Shown piece after piece: positions 55,638 through 64,000 of a DNA stretch of 64,000 bases. Both the position numbers and the translations under genes were made by a program. Source of the stretch: Gammaproteobacteria bacterium. GTDB lineage: Bacteria; Pseudomonadota; Gammaproteobacteria; GCA-001735895. Positions within the stretch are counted from its first letter, which is position 1. Every line of letters begins with the position of its first letter. The stretch covers positions 96,001 through 160,000 of the forward strand of contig JBNKUM010000094.1 in NCBI GenBank assembly GCA_050298595.1, read 5' to 3'. Under the pieces are notes generated by a model. That model was not told the origin of the DNA, made no database searches, and saw nothing but the letters and a program-made list of their open reading frames with translations.

Positions 55638-57887
55638 ATGTACACAGATAACGTCCAACGCTATCGCGATAAACTTAAATGCAGCTTCGGGCAGATCGAT
55701 GATTGTTTCGAAGATTATCTATATGATGCATTGACCAGTTTATCGGAGAAGGGTGTTGAGCAATACCTGTCCGGTGCTTCCTTGATCTGTATGATCGGTC
55801 GTGGTTGGGAACCGGTTTCTATCTATCTGGAAGAAATGCCGCAGATGGCAAAAAAGCTGGGTGAACCGGTTTTGGAAATGGTTTCCAAAGCCGTGTGGGA
55901 TATGTCACGTACGCCTAATGGAAAGGCTATTCCACCCTTTATGCAGTGCCTGCCCGAGGCCGCACGTAGGCTGGGCTCGCTGGAACAGATGCGGCGCTTT
56001 ATCGATATCCTGTTTCAAATGATGGATGACACCACGACCTCGGTGCATGGGCATCATAAAACACATGCCAGTCAGGGCTTGCCCGAACTATTAAAACAGA
56101 TTCCATATTTACTCAATCAACTGTCGCTGGCTGGATTAAAAAGCTGGATTGATTATGGCGCGCGCAATTACGTTAATCATCCCGAGCGGCAGATGAAGTA
56201 CTTCAGCCTGCAATCTGCGGACAGCAAGGCTATGCTACAACGCGAACGTCATGGCACGCTGTTTATGGATAATGAGCGAAATCTGGATATGTATTTACGT
56301 GGTTTATGGGAGGATCAATCTTACTTTGTCCCCTATTCAGAAGGACTTGATGCATCCAGAAAACTTGTGCCTTATTACGATCAAATGGGTATCCGTATTC
56401 CTGACGTTTACGAAGATCTGAATGGTGTGTCAGGGATCGACCGCTACCGCATCACCATTGCACATATCGCAGCGCATCGAAAATGGACCACTCCAATCAT
56501 TGCCGATAACTTCAGCCCATTTCAGCGCCTGGCTATCGAACATCTGGAAGATTGTCGGATTGAGTATCTGATGCTTCAGGAGTATCCCGGGCTACGCAAA
56601 TATATGCTGGCGTTACATCCAGAGCCGATAGAAGATGATTGTGATAGCGAAAAAGAATCCTGTGTGCGACATCGTCTGGCGATGTTGTCGAGAGCGATTC
56701 TGGATCCAAATCATGGCTATCGGAATGAGTATGTTGTTGATTTTGTGAAGCGTTTTTATCAGGCCGTCGAAGTAGATGGCAGCTCTACTCAGGCCATGGC
56801 TGATCTGGCTATTTTATTTACCACAAGAACCCGCCTGCAAAGCGATCAGCAGGCGCGCATCCGTTTTGAAAATACCGTGGTCGATTACCGCGACGATAAT
56901 CGCCATATGTGGATCTATATCGAACAGGGTGATGAAGAAGAATCGTTTGATGATGAAACTAAGCCCAAACCGGAACAGCTGGATAATGATGGCTTGCCCC
57001 CCAGGCATTACGCGGAATGGGATTATGCTACGCAAACCTATAAGCCCGACTGGGTGAGTTTATATGAGTCGATCCACCCTTCAGGCAATGCGTCGGATAT
57101 CGATGAAATTCTGGATAAGCACAAAGCACTGGCAAAATTGCTGAAGCAGATTCTGGAAACCCTGAAGCCTCAGCAATATATGCGAGTGCGTTATCAGGAA
57201 GAGGGTAGTGAACTGGATCTGGATATCGCGATACGCTCGCTGATCGATTATAAATGCGGCGCACAGCCCGATCCACGCATTAATATGAGCCATGAGCACG
57301 CGGGGCGCGATATCGCGGTCATGTTGTTACTGGATCTGTCCGCCTCTTTAGCTGACATTCCTGAAGGTTGTGAGCAAAGCATTCTGGAGTTAAGTCAGGA
57401 GGCTGTCTCTTTACTGGCCTGGACTATTGAGCAGTTGGGTGATAAATACGCGATAGCCGGGTTCCATTCCGACACGCGTCACAATGTGCGTTATTACCAC
57501 TTAAAAGGTTACAGTGAGCAATTTGGCGATACGGTCAAAGGTCGATTAGCCGCTATGGATGCCGGGTTTTCAACCCGTATTGGTGCCGCCATGCGGCATG
57601 CTGCACATTATCTCGAGGGGCAGAAAGCCGATAAAAAACTGATGCTGATCCTGACTGATGGAGAACCTTCAGATATTGATGTTGAAGATGAGCAGTATCT
57701 GATCTCGGATACCAAAAAAGCGGTTGATGAATTATCCTCCAGAGGCATAAATAGTTACTGCATCTCACTGGATAAAAAGGCAGATGATTACATTCGAGAT
57801 ATTTTCGGTAATCAGTTTGCTGTTATCGATCATGTTGATCGCCTGCCTGAACAATTACCTCGATTATTTATGAGCCTGACGCGCTAA
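55638..57887 (+). CDS. cbbO: vWA adaptor CbbO
   Basis: YRDDNR, EWDY, MIDAS DLSAS, LTDGEP; follows cbbQ. Confidence 0.95.
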   Translation: MYTDNVQRYRDKLKCSFGQIDDCFEDYLYDALTSLSEKGVEQYLSGASLICMIGRGWEPVSIYLEEMPQMAKKLGEPVLEMVSKAVWDMSRTPNGKAIPPFMQCLPEAARRLGSLEQMRRFIDILFQMMDDTTTSVHGHHKTHASQGLPELLKQIPYLLNQLSLAGLKSWIDYGARNYVNHPERQMKYFSLQSADSKAMLQRERHGTLFMDNERNLDMYLRGLWEDQSYFVPYSEGLDASRKLVPYYDQMGIRIPDVYEDLNGVSGIDRYRITIAHIAAHRKWTTPIIADNFSPFQRLAIEHLEDCRIEYLMLQEYPGLRKYMLALHPEPIEDDCDSEKESCVRHRLAMLSRAILDPNHGYRNEYVVDFVKRFYQAVEVDGSSTQAMADLAILFTTRTRLQSDQQARIRFENTVVDYRDDNRHMWIYIEQGDEEESFDDETKPKPEQLDNDGLPPRHYAEWDYATQTYKPDWVSLYESIHPSGNASDIDEILDKHKALAKLLKQILETLKPQQYMRVRYQEEGSELDLDIAIRSLIDYKCGAQPDPRINMSHEHAGRDIAVMLLLDLSASLADIPEGCEQSILELSQEAVSLLAWTIEQLGDKYAIAGFHSDTRHNVRYYHLKGYSEQFGDTVKGRLAAMDAGFSTRIGAAMRHAAHYLEGQKADKKLMLILTDGEPSDIDVEDEQYLISDTKKAVDELSSRGINSYCISLDKKADDYIRDIFGNQFAVIDHVDRLPEQLPRLFMSLTR

Positions 57888-57891
57888 CCGT

Positions 57892-58296
57892 ATGAAGAAT
57901 TACCTTACCGTACAAATCACTTTTTCCTACCAGGGGGTTACATATAAACCTTCAAGTCGCATAGATCTGGATAGATTTTTGGAAAAAGGCGAAGCAATTC
58001 CAGAGTTTTATCAAATAGTGGCTAAAGAGAATGATATTGACCTCTATTCCTATCAATATGAAGTGATGCAAGTGGGGCAGTGTCAATATCTTGAGGCAAC
58101 TGGCCTGGCTGAAGAATTCTGTAGTGAAGATCATTTTGATATTGCCGCTTTTGAAGCGCGCTGGAAACAGTTGAATATTGAGCAAAAGCTCGCCGAAATC
58201 GCACTAAAGCAAATGAATATCATCGATCTAGATGAGAATAAACCTCTCAGGCAGGCGCTGCTTCAGGCTTATCAGCTGGGTACTGCTGAGGGCTGA
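57892..58296 (+). CDS. Hypothetical protein coupled to cbbO
   Basis: 134 aa ORF starting 4 bp after the cbbO stop, plausible composition. Confidence 0.7.
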   Translation: MKNYLTVQITFSYQGVTYKPSSRIDLDRFLEKGEAIPEFYQIVAKENDIDLYSYQYEVMQVGQCQYLEATGLAEEFCSEDHFDIAAFEARWKQLNIEQKLAEIALKQMNIIDLDENKPLRQALLQAYQLGTAEG

Positions 58297-58686
58297 TTCT
58301 TCTATATTAAAAGGGGTAGGCCTGCTCTTCAATTAGGTCAATTTAAGCTAGATCGGTTTTCAAAATACTTCAAAAAAAACTTGGTAAACTAGTCAGGTAT
58401 GGTTTTTTTCAGGCTAGATTTGTTACTTTATTTCTCATAAATATACCATTCGTCAGATTGGGACAAAATTCCCATATTAAATCATGGCTATTTAGATAAA
58501 TTTCATGCAATTTTCACGTTCGTTAATTTAAGTTAATAAGTAATAATCTGGTTATCGAGAAATGGTGCTCGACAAAAATCATAAAAATAATGTCTGGCAA
58601 GGTAATCGGGGAATAATAAATTAAGGCCAGAGCTTGGCATGGATTCTCAGTCCTTAAATTCTAACTGTAACTTAAGGAGATCTGTC

Positions 58687-61326
58687 ATGAACGTCAAAAA
58701 ATATACAACTGTTTCATCATTCAATTACCTGTTAATCGCTTTTATTACATTTGTGTTAAGTGCCTGTTCTGATGGGGCGGCATCAATTTCTGACGACCAG
58801 TCTGCTGATAGACATAACGATGGTGGGAGTTCAGACAGCTTTTCTATTAAGGAAGCCGTTTGGAACTCAGAAAGGTCGGAGCTACTTGTTAAAGGAGTCG
58901 GAGAGAGAAGGCAGGAGGTCACTATCGCAAATGCTGATACCGGTGCCAGTATTGGTTCATTGACGATCAGAAAGAGTGAGTGGAAATTTACAAAGCGCAA
59001 CCCTGATAATATTCCGTGTACCGTTAAAGCCACTCAGAGAAATGGTAAAACCGATGACCTTGCGGTTAAATATGCCCCCAGTAATTGTGATGCTGGAAAT
59101 CCCCCTGGTGGCGGAAATCCCCCTCCCCCTGGTGGCGGAAACCCCGGCACAGTTTCCATAAATTCAAGCAGTCAAAACGGTATAACCAGAGTCGTCAGTG
59201 AACAGAGTTTTAGCGGGCAGGCTGGCTACACTATTTTTGGTTCCAACGACCTTGGTATGCATTGTGGTGATCTTGATACTCGTATCTCGAGCATACTGCC
59301 TCCTTTTAATACGGTGCATTCTCAGGTAGTTCAACGCGGTCTAAGCCCAAGTATATTGTCACCATTAGACGATATCGAAGTGGTTTACTCAGCGGCTTCC
59401 AATCCTAATGACCCTATCTTAACTGGTATAAACTCGGCAGGTTCCGGGCCTGTAGCCTCCAGCCTGTTAGCCGATGGCAGTGTGTATAAAACTAACTTCT
59501 GGGATGTGGCACGTGATGCCTATGGACCTTTTTATCCTGAAGGGATTTTAAATGCTTTCTATTCAGCTCAGTCTCAGGACAATATCGACCTCGGGCTGCC
59601 AATGCCGAATGTTGAAGAATTGTTTTTGAATGAACATCTCACTGCCGAGCAACAGCAAATGCCAGCTCGAGCCACTTTGGCACAACTGAATGATCCTCTG
59701 GCATTCAAGTTTTTTGTTGCGGACCAGTTGTTCTTCACCAGTTTCCCCTTCGGTTATACCAAAAATGAGGCTAACTGGTTTGAAGCGGCGGGTATTCCTA
59801 TGACCGCTTATGATGACTATGGACGTGAAAATCCCTGGCCATTGATGCGCTTACAGGCTAAATCAAAATCTGGCGGACAGGTGCTGGCTTCGCTGGATAC
59901 GGTATTGCCAATCTCTGGAGAGGCAAACTGTGGTGCATGTCATAATGGCCCTGGAGATCTTAATGACGCCGCCGGAGTTGCGACAGAAAATCTGAGTAAA
60001 ATAGCTTATTCTGTTGATGATGATGCTGAAGTGCCGTTAGATGTTAGCCTGGAATGGGCGGCTGATATCAATATTCTTCGTTTGCACGATCAAAAACATA
60101 AAACCAACCTGATCGTGGGCACCACTATGGATGGCGGCAGCCTGCCGTTTAAAGCGGTAGTTTGCCAAACCTGCCATTACACTCCTGCACTGGATCTGGC
60201 TCAGTTGGGACCACAGGGTCCTGAAAACGATGCTCCATTGGTACTCAAGGGTGTTGAAGTATCTCCATCTATAGCTAATGGTCGTGATCAGATTAAGCAT
60301 AAATCAATGTCGAATGTGATGCATAGACATCATGGCTCTGTCACCGACAAAGATGGTAATAAGCTATTCCCTGATATGCCTCCAGCGGTGAACGCGGATG
60401 GAAGTTTTCGTGATCCTGTAGCAGCTAAAGCTGTGCTCGACGAGACCTGTTATCAATGTCACCCAGGTCGTCGTACCGACTGTCTGCGTGGTGCGATGGC
60501 CAGTGGTGGCATGCTGTGTCAGGACTGTCATGGAGACATGCAGCAGGTTGGAAGCGATTTCACCAATAATGTTCAACCCCTGGCTTCGGCTGATGGAACT
60601 AAAGGGCCAGGCAAGTTCCATCTGGATAGTGACTTTTTCAGCAATCCTGATACACCTCGAGTTCCCTGGGCCAATGAGCCAGGTTGTGGTTCCTGCCATA
60701 CCGGCGATGTAATGAATAATATGCATGGCACTCCGAATACCATTGGAGATCCTGAGGATGGTATCCGTTTGATGCAGGCCTATCGCGTCAATGATCCCAA
60801 GGCAACGCCGATTGTACCGAGTAACAAGCGTTTTGCCGAAAATGTGGTGGAAGCTGGGCCTGCAACAGGCAACCCAATGCTGTATCGAGTGAGTACCGAT
60901 GATCACGCTGGAATCTTCTGTGAAGCCTGTCATGGCGCAACTCATGGTATCTGGCCCAACAAAAATCCAGATGCTAATGATAATGTGGCTGCGCTTCAGT
61001 TACAGGGCCATTCAGGTCCAATAGCTGAATGTAGTGTTTGTCATGAAGGCGACCTGGGCAATACCCTGAAAGGACCGCATGGTATGCATCCGGTTGGTGA
61101 TACTCGATTCTCTAATGGTGGGCATGAAGATATGGCTGAAAGTAATAAAGACGCCTGTAGAGCCTGTCATGGTAAGAATGGTGAAGGTAGCGTACTCGCT
61201 CGAGCCGCTACTGACCGTGTGCTACAGAATGAACATGGCACAGTCACCTTAAATAGAGGTGATCAGGTAACCTGTAATTTATGCCATGATAATGAGTTGG
61301 CGAGTAATTCGAGCAGCTCGGATTAA
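58687..61326 (+). CDS. Multiheme (9 x CxxCH) c-type cytochrome lipoprotein
   Basis: Lipobox LSAC; CGACH, CQTCH, CYQCH, CQDCH, CGSCH, CEACH, CSVCH, CRACH, CNLCH; AAGGAG RBS before ATG 58687. Confidence 0.92.
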   Translation: MNVKKYTTVSSFNYLLIAFITFVLSACSDGAASISDDQSADRHNDGGSSDSFSIKEAVWNSERSELLVKGVGERRQEVTIANADTGASIGSLTIRKSEWKFTKRNPDNIPCTVKATQRNGKTDDLAVKYAPSNCDAGNPPGGGNPPPPGGGNPGTVSINSSSQNGITRVVSEQSFSGQAGYTIFGSNDLGMHCGDLDTRISSILPPFNTVHSQVVQRGLSPSILSPLDDIEVVYSAASNPNDPILTGINSAGSGPVASSLLADGSVYKTNFWDVARDAYGPFYPEGILNAFYSAQSQDNIDLGLPMPNVEELFLNEHLTAEQQQMPARATLAQLNDPLAFKFFVADQLFFTSFPFGYTKNEANWFEAAGIPMTAYDDYGRENPWPLMRLQAKSKSGGQVLASLDTVLPISGEANCGACHNGPGDLNDAAGVATENLSKIAYSVDDDAEVPLDVSLEWAADINILRLHDQKHKTNLIVGTTMDGGSLPFKAVVCQTCHYTPALDLAQLGPQGPENDAPLVLKGVEVSPSIANGRDQIKHKSMSNVMHRHHGSVTDKDGNKLFPDMPPAVNADGSFRDPVAAKAVLDETCYQCHPGRRTDCLRGAMASGGMLCQDCHGDMQQVGSDFTNNVQPLASADGTKGPGKFHLDSDFFSNPDTPRVPWANEPGCGSCHTGDVMNNMHGTPNTIGDPEDGIRLMQAYRVNDPKATPIVPSNKRFAENVVEAGPATGNPMLYRVSTDDHAGIFCEACHGATHGIWPNKNPDANDNVAALQLQGHSGPIAECSVCHEGDLGNTLKGPHGMHPVGDTRFSNGGHEDMAESNKDACRACHGKNGEGSVLARAATDRVLQNEHGTVTLNRGDQVTCNLCHDNELASNSSSSD

Positions 61327-61385
61327 AGTTTTGTTTTGGGATGAGTAAGAGTCTAATTGGTAAGGTCAATATTGCATGAAGGTCG

Positions 61386-61423
61386 ACAAATGACCTGTCG
61401 TAAGACAGGTCATTTGTTTTTTT
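61386..61423 (+). terminator. Intrinsic terminator after the cytochrome gene
   Basis: ACAAATGACCTGTC-GTAA-GACAGGTCATTTGT followed by a T-tract. Confidence 0.88.
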
Positions 61424-61452
61424 CAGGGTTAGCAAAAAACGTATAAGAGCGG

Positions 61453-62334
61453 CTATAAGCCAAGCAGCGACAGGTCCAATGAAGAGCCTTTCATCGGCGG
61501 ACACCAGAAATAACTACCACTGATCGGATGCGTAAAACTGAAAAGGCCGTCCTGAATGCCATCTTCATTACCGCTCATTCGATGCAAGATCATTTCAAAA
61601 GCATCAAATGAATGTCCGAATGCAACAAATACCAGCCCACCTTCGGTGTCGGATGTCCAGGGCATGGAGTGGCGTAGAATAAAGGCTTCTGGCTGGAAGC
61701 TTTCCTGTGCGGTGCGCTTCACATGTGCAGATTCGGGAGCCTCATCAAATTCTTCGTTATCCTTGATGTGACGGCCAATACAGTCATCCTGTTGCTCGCT
61801 GCTCATCGCATCAAGCGTATCAAAGTCATGCAGCCACTGTTGTACAGCAACAAAACTCGAACCATCCAGGCCAGGACCTTTATGCTTGACGATAGCGGCA
61901 TTGATAGCATCCTCGCCCTGAGGGTTTTCAGTGCCATCTTCATAACCGCTCAGGTCTCGGTTTTCGTCGAAGGTAAAGCTATCAATACAGTCACACAGAG
62001 TAAATGCAGGTGTTAGCAGGGATTCAATCAGGCGAGTTTGATGAAATAACTCTCCGCGATCAGTACCGCGCAACCAGCACCATAATGCAGTTGGCGTTGC
62101 TGGAATATCCAGCCCTGCAGCGCTGATAGCCGAGAAGCTGCGTAATCCATCAACTGATTTACCCAATGCCAGGACCAGAGACTGTCCTAAGCCAATCACC
62201 AGATTTTCACCATCGACCAGATCTTTGAGTTCCTGCAAACAGTTTTGCAGCGCATCGCTGGTATGTATATTGAAAGTTAAAAACCTTGCTATTACAGGGT
62301 TTGCAGCAAGGATTCCTGCCTGTGGTTGAGTCAT
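61453..62334 (-). CDS. DyP-type peroxidase (YfeX-like, no signal peptide)
   Basis: GYEDGTENP (GxxDG), SAHVKR, ILRHSMPW. Confidence 0.93.
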   Translation of the reverse strand: MTQPQAGILAANPVIARFLTFNIHTSDALQNCLQELKDLVDGENLVIGLGQSLVLALGKSVDGLRSFSAISAAGLDIPATPTALWCWLRGTDRGELFHQTRLIESLLTPAFTLCDCIDSFTFDENRDLSGYEDGTENPQGEDAINAAIVKHKGPGLDGSSFVAVQQWLHDFDTLDAMSSEQQDDCIGRHIKDNEEFDEAPESAHVKRTAQESFQPEAFILRHSMPWTSDTEGGLVFVAFGHSFDAFEMILHRMSGNEDGIQDGLFSFTHPISGSYFWCPPMKGSSLDLSLLGL

Positions 62335-62575
62335 ATCCGTTTCCGAGAAAATTAAAATTACTTCTTATTCAATAGTTTCTACTGTACATGTACAGACTGT
62401 AAATCATTTGCAGGAATAATTCGTTCAAATAATGAAAATAAAACACTATTGGGGCATTAATACAAACTAGTCGCAACAAAACGGTTATATGGTTAGAATG
62501 CATCGCTATATTTGAATTGGCAGGCCGGATTTTTATGGCACTGCTGCCTAAGCATATAACATTTGAGGAATATTT

Positions 62576-63463
62576 ATGTCTACAAAGCACCCCATTATTG
62601 TGGTGACGGGCTCTTCAGGGGCCGGTACCTCTACAGTAAAAAAATCTCTGGAAGCTGTTTTTGAGCGTGAAGGTATCACGCCCTGTGTGATTGAGGGTGA
62701 TAGTTTCCATCGATATGATCGTGCACAAATGAAAGTACAAATGGATAAAGCGATCAAAGATGGACGTGATTTCAGTCATTTTGGTGCAGAAGCTAATGAG
62801 TTTGATACCCTTGCCGAACTGTTTAAATCCTACTCAGAAACTGGAACCGGTAAGAAACGTTATTATCTGCATTCTGAACCAGAAGCCGCTGAGCATAATG
62901 CGCGCCTGGGCATAGATAAGAAACCAGGTGAATTCACACCCTGGGAAGATATCGAACCGAATACCGATCTGATGTTCTACGAAGGATTGCATGGTTGTGT
63001 TAAAAACGATGAAGTAGACATGACCAAGCATGTTGACCTTAAGGTTGGTGTGGTGCCGATTGTAAATCTGGAATGGATCCAGAAGATACACCGTGACAAT
63101 GCTGAGCGTGGATACAGTGCTGATGTCATTGTCGACACTATCCTGCGCCGTATGCCTGATTACATCAAATATCTTACCCCGCAATTCTCTGAAACAGATA
63201 TCAACTTCCAGCGCGTTTCAACGGTGGATACCTCGAATCCTTTTATAGCGCGCGATATTCCGACACCAGATGAAAGCTTTGTGGTTATTCGCTTTAAAGA
63301 TCCCAAGAAATTCAACACCGATTTCCCATACCTGTTAAGCATGATTCATGACTCATTTATGTCGCGTCGTAATACCATTGTGGTACCTGGCGGCAAGATG
63401 GGGCTGGCGATGGAGATTATTCTGACACCTATCATCCATAATATGCTGGAACAGCGTAAGTAA
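62576..63463 (+). CDS. prk: Phosphoribulokinase (CbbP)
   Basis: TGSSGAGTS, EGDSFHRYDR, YEGLHG, NLEWIQKIHRD, DTSNPF. Confidence 0.98.
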   Translation: MSTKHPIIVVTGSSGAGTSTVKKSLEAVFEREGITPCVIEGDSFHRYDRAQMKVQMDKAIKDGRDFSHFGAEANEFDTLAELFKSYSETGTGKKRYYLHSEPEAAEHNARLGIDKKPGEFTPWEDIEPNTDLMFYEGLHGCVKNDEVDMTKHVDLKVGVVPIVNLEWIQKIHRDNAERGYSADVIVDTILRRMPDYIKYLTPQFSETDINFQRVSTVDTSNPFIARDIPTPDESFVVIRFKDPKKFNTDFPYLLSMIHDSFMSRRNTIVVPGGKMGLAMEIILTPIIHNMLEQRK

Positions 63464-63479
63464 GTTTTTATATTCAAGC

Positions 63480-63512
63480 CCGCTGACCGATTATCTGGTC
63501 AGCGGTTCTTTT
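63480..63512 (+). terminator. Intrinsic terminator of prk
   Basis: CCGCTGACC-N8-GGTCAGCGG-TTCTTTT. Confidence 0.8.
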
Positions 63513-63541
63513 GTGCCTGAAATAATATCCCTTGATTTACT

Positions 63542-64000
63542 TTACAGGCATATATCGTTTCCAATACTGCTGGGCTGCTCACCCCACAGAAAAGATCCCT
63601 GTAGCGTGTAACCACCTAGATATAAGCTGCGTGTAATCACCATCTGATCCAGATCAATTTCGTAAAACGTACCGTCCTGACTGGCTATTCCATAGTAGAA
63701 ATTTTCATCGGGACTGACGCTGGCAGTATGACCCTGAGATTTTCGTCCTGCCGGTGGAGTGCTGGCTACGGTGATATTTTGAATATTTGTGTGGGTAGTA
63801 ATATCGATCACGCTGATAAAGGTATCGTTGTGATTGGTAACAATGGCAATATTTCTATCTGGTGCAAATACCGTATGTCCAGCACCCTGTCCGACATCGG
63901 CTACAGCCTCCACTGTCATAGTATTACGGTTAATCACAAACAGATGTCCCTCGGTTGAGCCCATATAGATATGGATGCCATCGGGATGAAAGTCAGCGTG
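63542..64000 (-). CDS. YncE/YVTN-like beta-propeller protein (3' part only)
   Basis: Repeats HADFHPDG, GHTVFAPD, GHTASVSPD, ISVID; frame open to the window edge. Confidence 0.7.
   Translation of the reverse strand, partial: HADFHPDGIHIYMGSTEGHLFVINRNTMTVEAVADVGQGAGHTVFAPDRNIAIVTNHNDTFISVIDITTHTNIQNITVASTPPAGRKSQGHTASVSPDENFYYGIASQDGTFYEIDLDQMVITRSLYLGGYTLQGSFLWGEQPSSIGNDICL

Noticed and set aside
58595-58655. sigma54 promoter for the cytochrome gene (TGGCAAGG..., TGGCATGG...)
   Set aside because: Neither has GC at the -12 position
61453-61500. Encapsulin targeting peptide on DyP
   Set aside because: The tail GSSLDLSLLGL lacks the L.IGSL consensus and linker, and no encapsulin gene is adjacent

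Overview
Chromosomal window from a gammaproteobacterium that is most likely a chemolithoautotroph (form II RuBisCO cbbM, cbbQ/cbbO, cbbR, prk). 1-18.5 kb: an MSHA/T2SS-like type IV filament locus. It has a secretin, a GspB/MshN-like TPR protein, an MshEN-domain ATPase, a platform protein, alignment proteins and three paralogous minor pilins. Joined to it are an orphan PrsK-like kinase, a PilGHI/Xap-like ABC module split around a sigma54-driven pilin gene, and a Wzy_C O-oligosaccharyltransferase. 18.5-35 kb: glnA-ntrBC, a CDF/TusA/PP-loop sulfurtransferase group, a standard fimT-pilVWXY1-(Y2)-pilE operon, thiO/thiS/thiG and trmB. 35-45 kb: a LysR regulator, an SLC13-TrkA_C permease, two tandem NhaD antiporters, SulP and an Omp85 protein. 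45-64 kb: a Calvin-cycle locus broken up by inserted DNA. cbbR and cbbM are separated by a binding-protein/hybrid-kinase pair, with a similar CbbR-type box on each side. cbbM and cbbQ are separated by an IS200 relic, a PEP-CTERM gene with its sigma54 and enhancer boxes, a REP-doublet-like element and a LigE-type ligase. cbbO and prk are separated by a nonaheme lipoprotein cytochrome and a DyP peroxidase. I found no rRNA, tRNA or CRISPR array. All calls come from reading motifs by eye; no searches were run.
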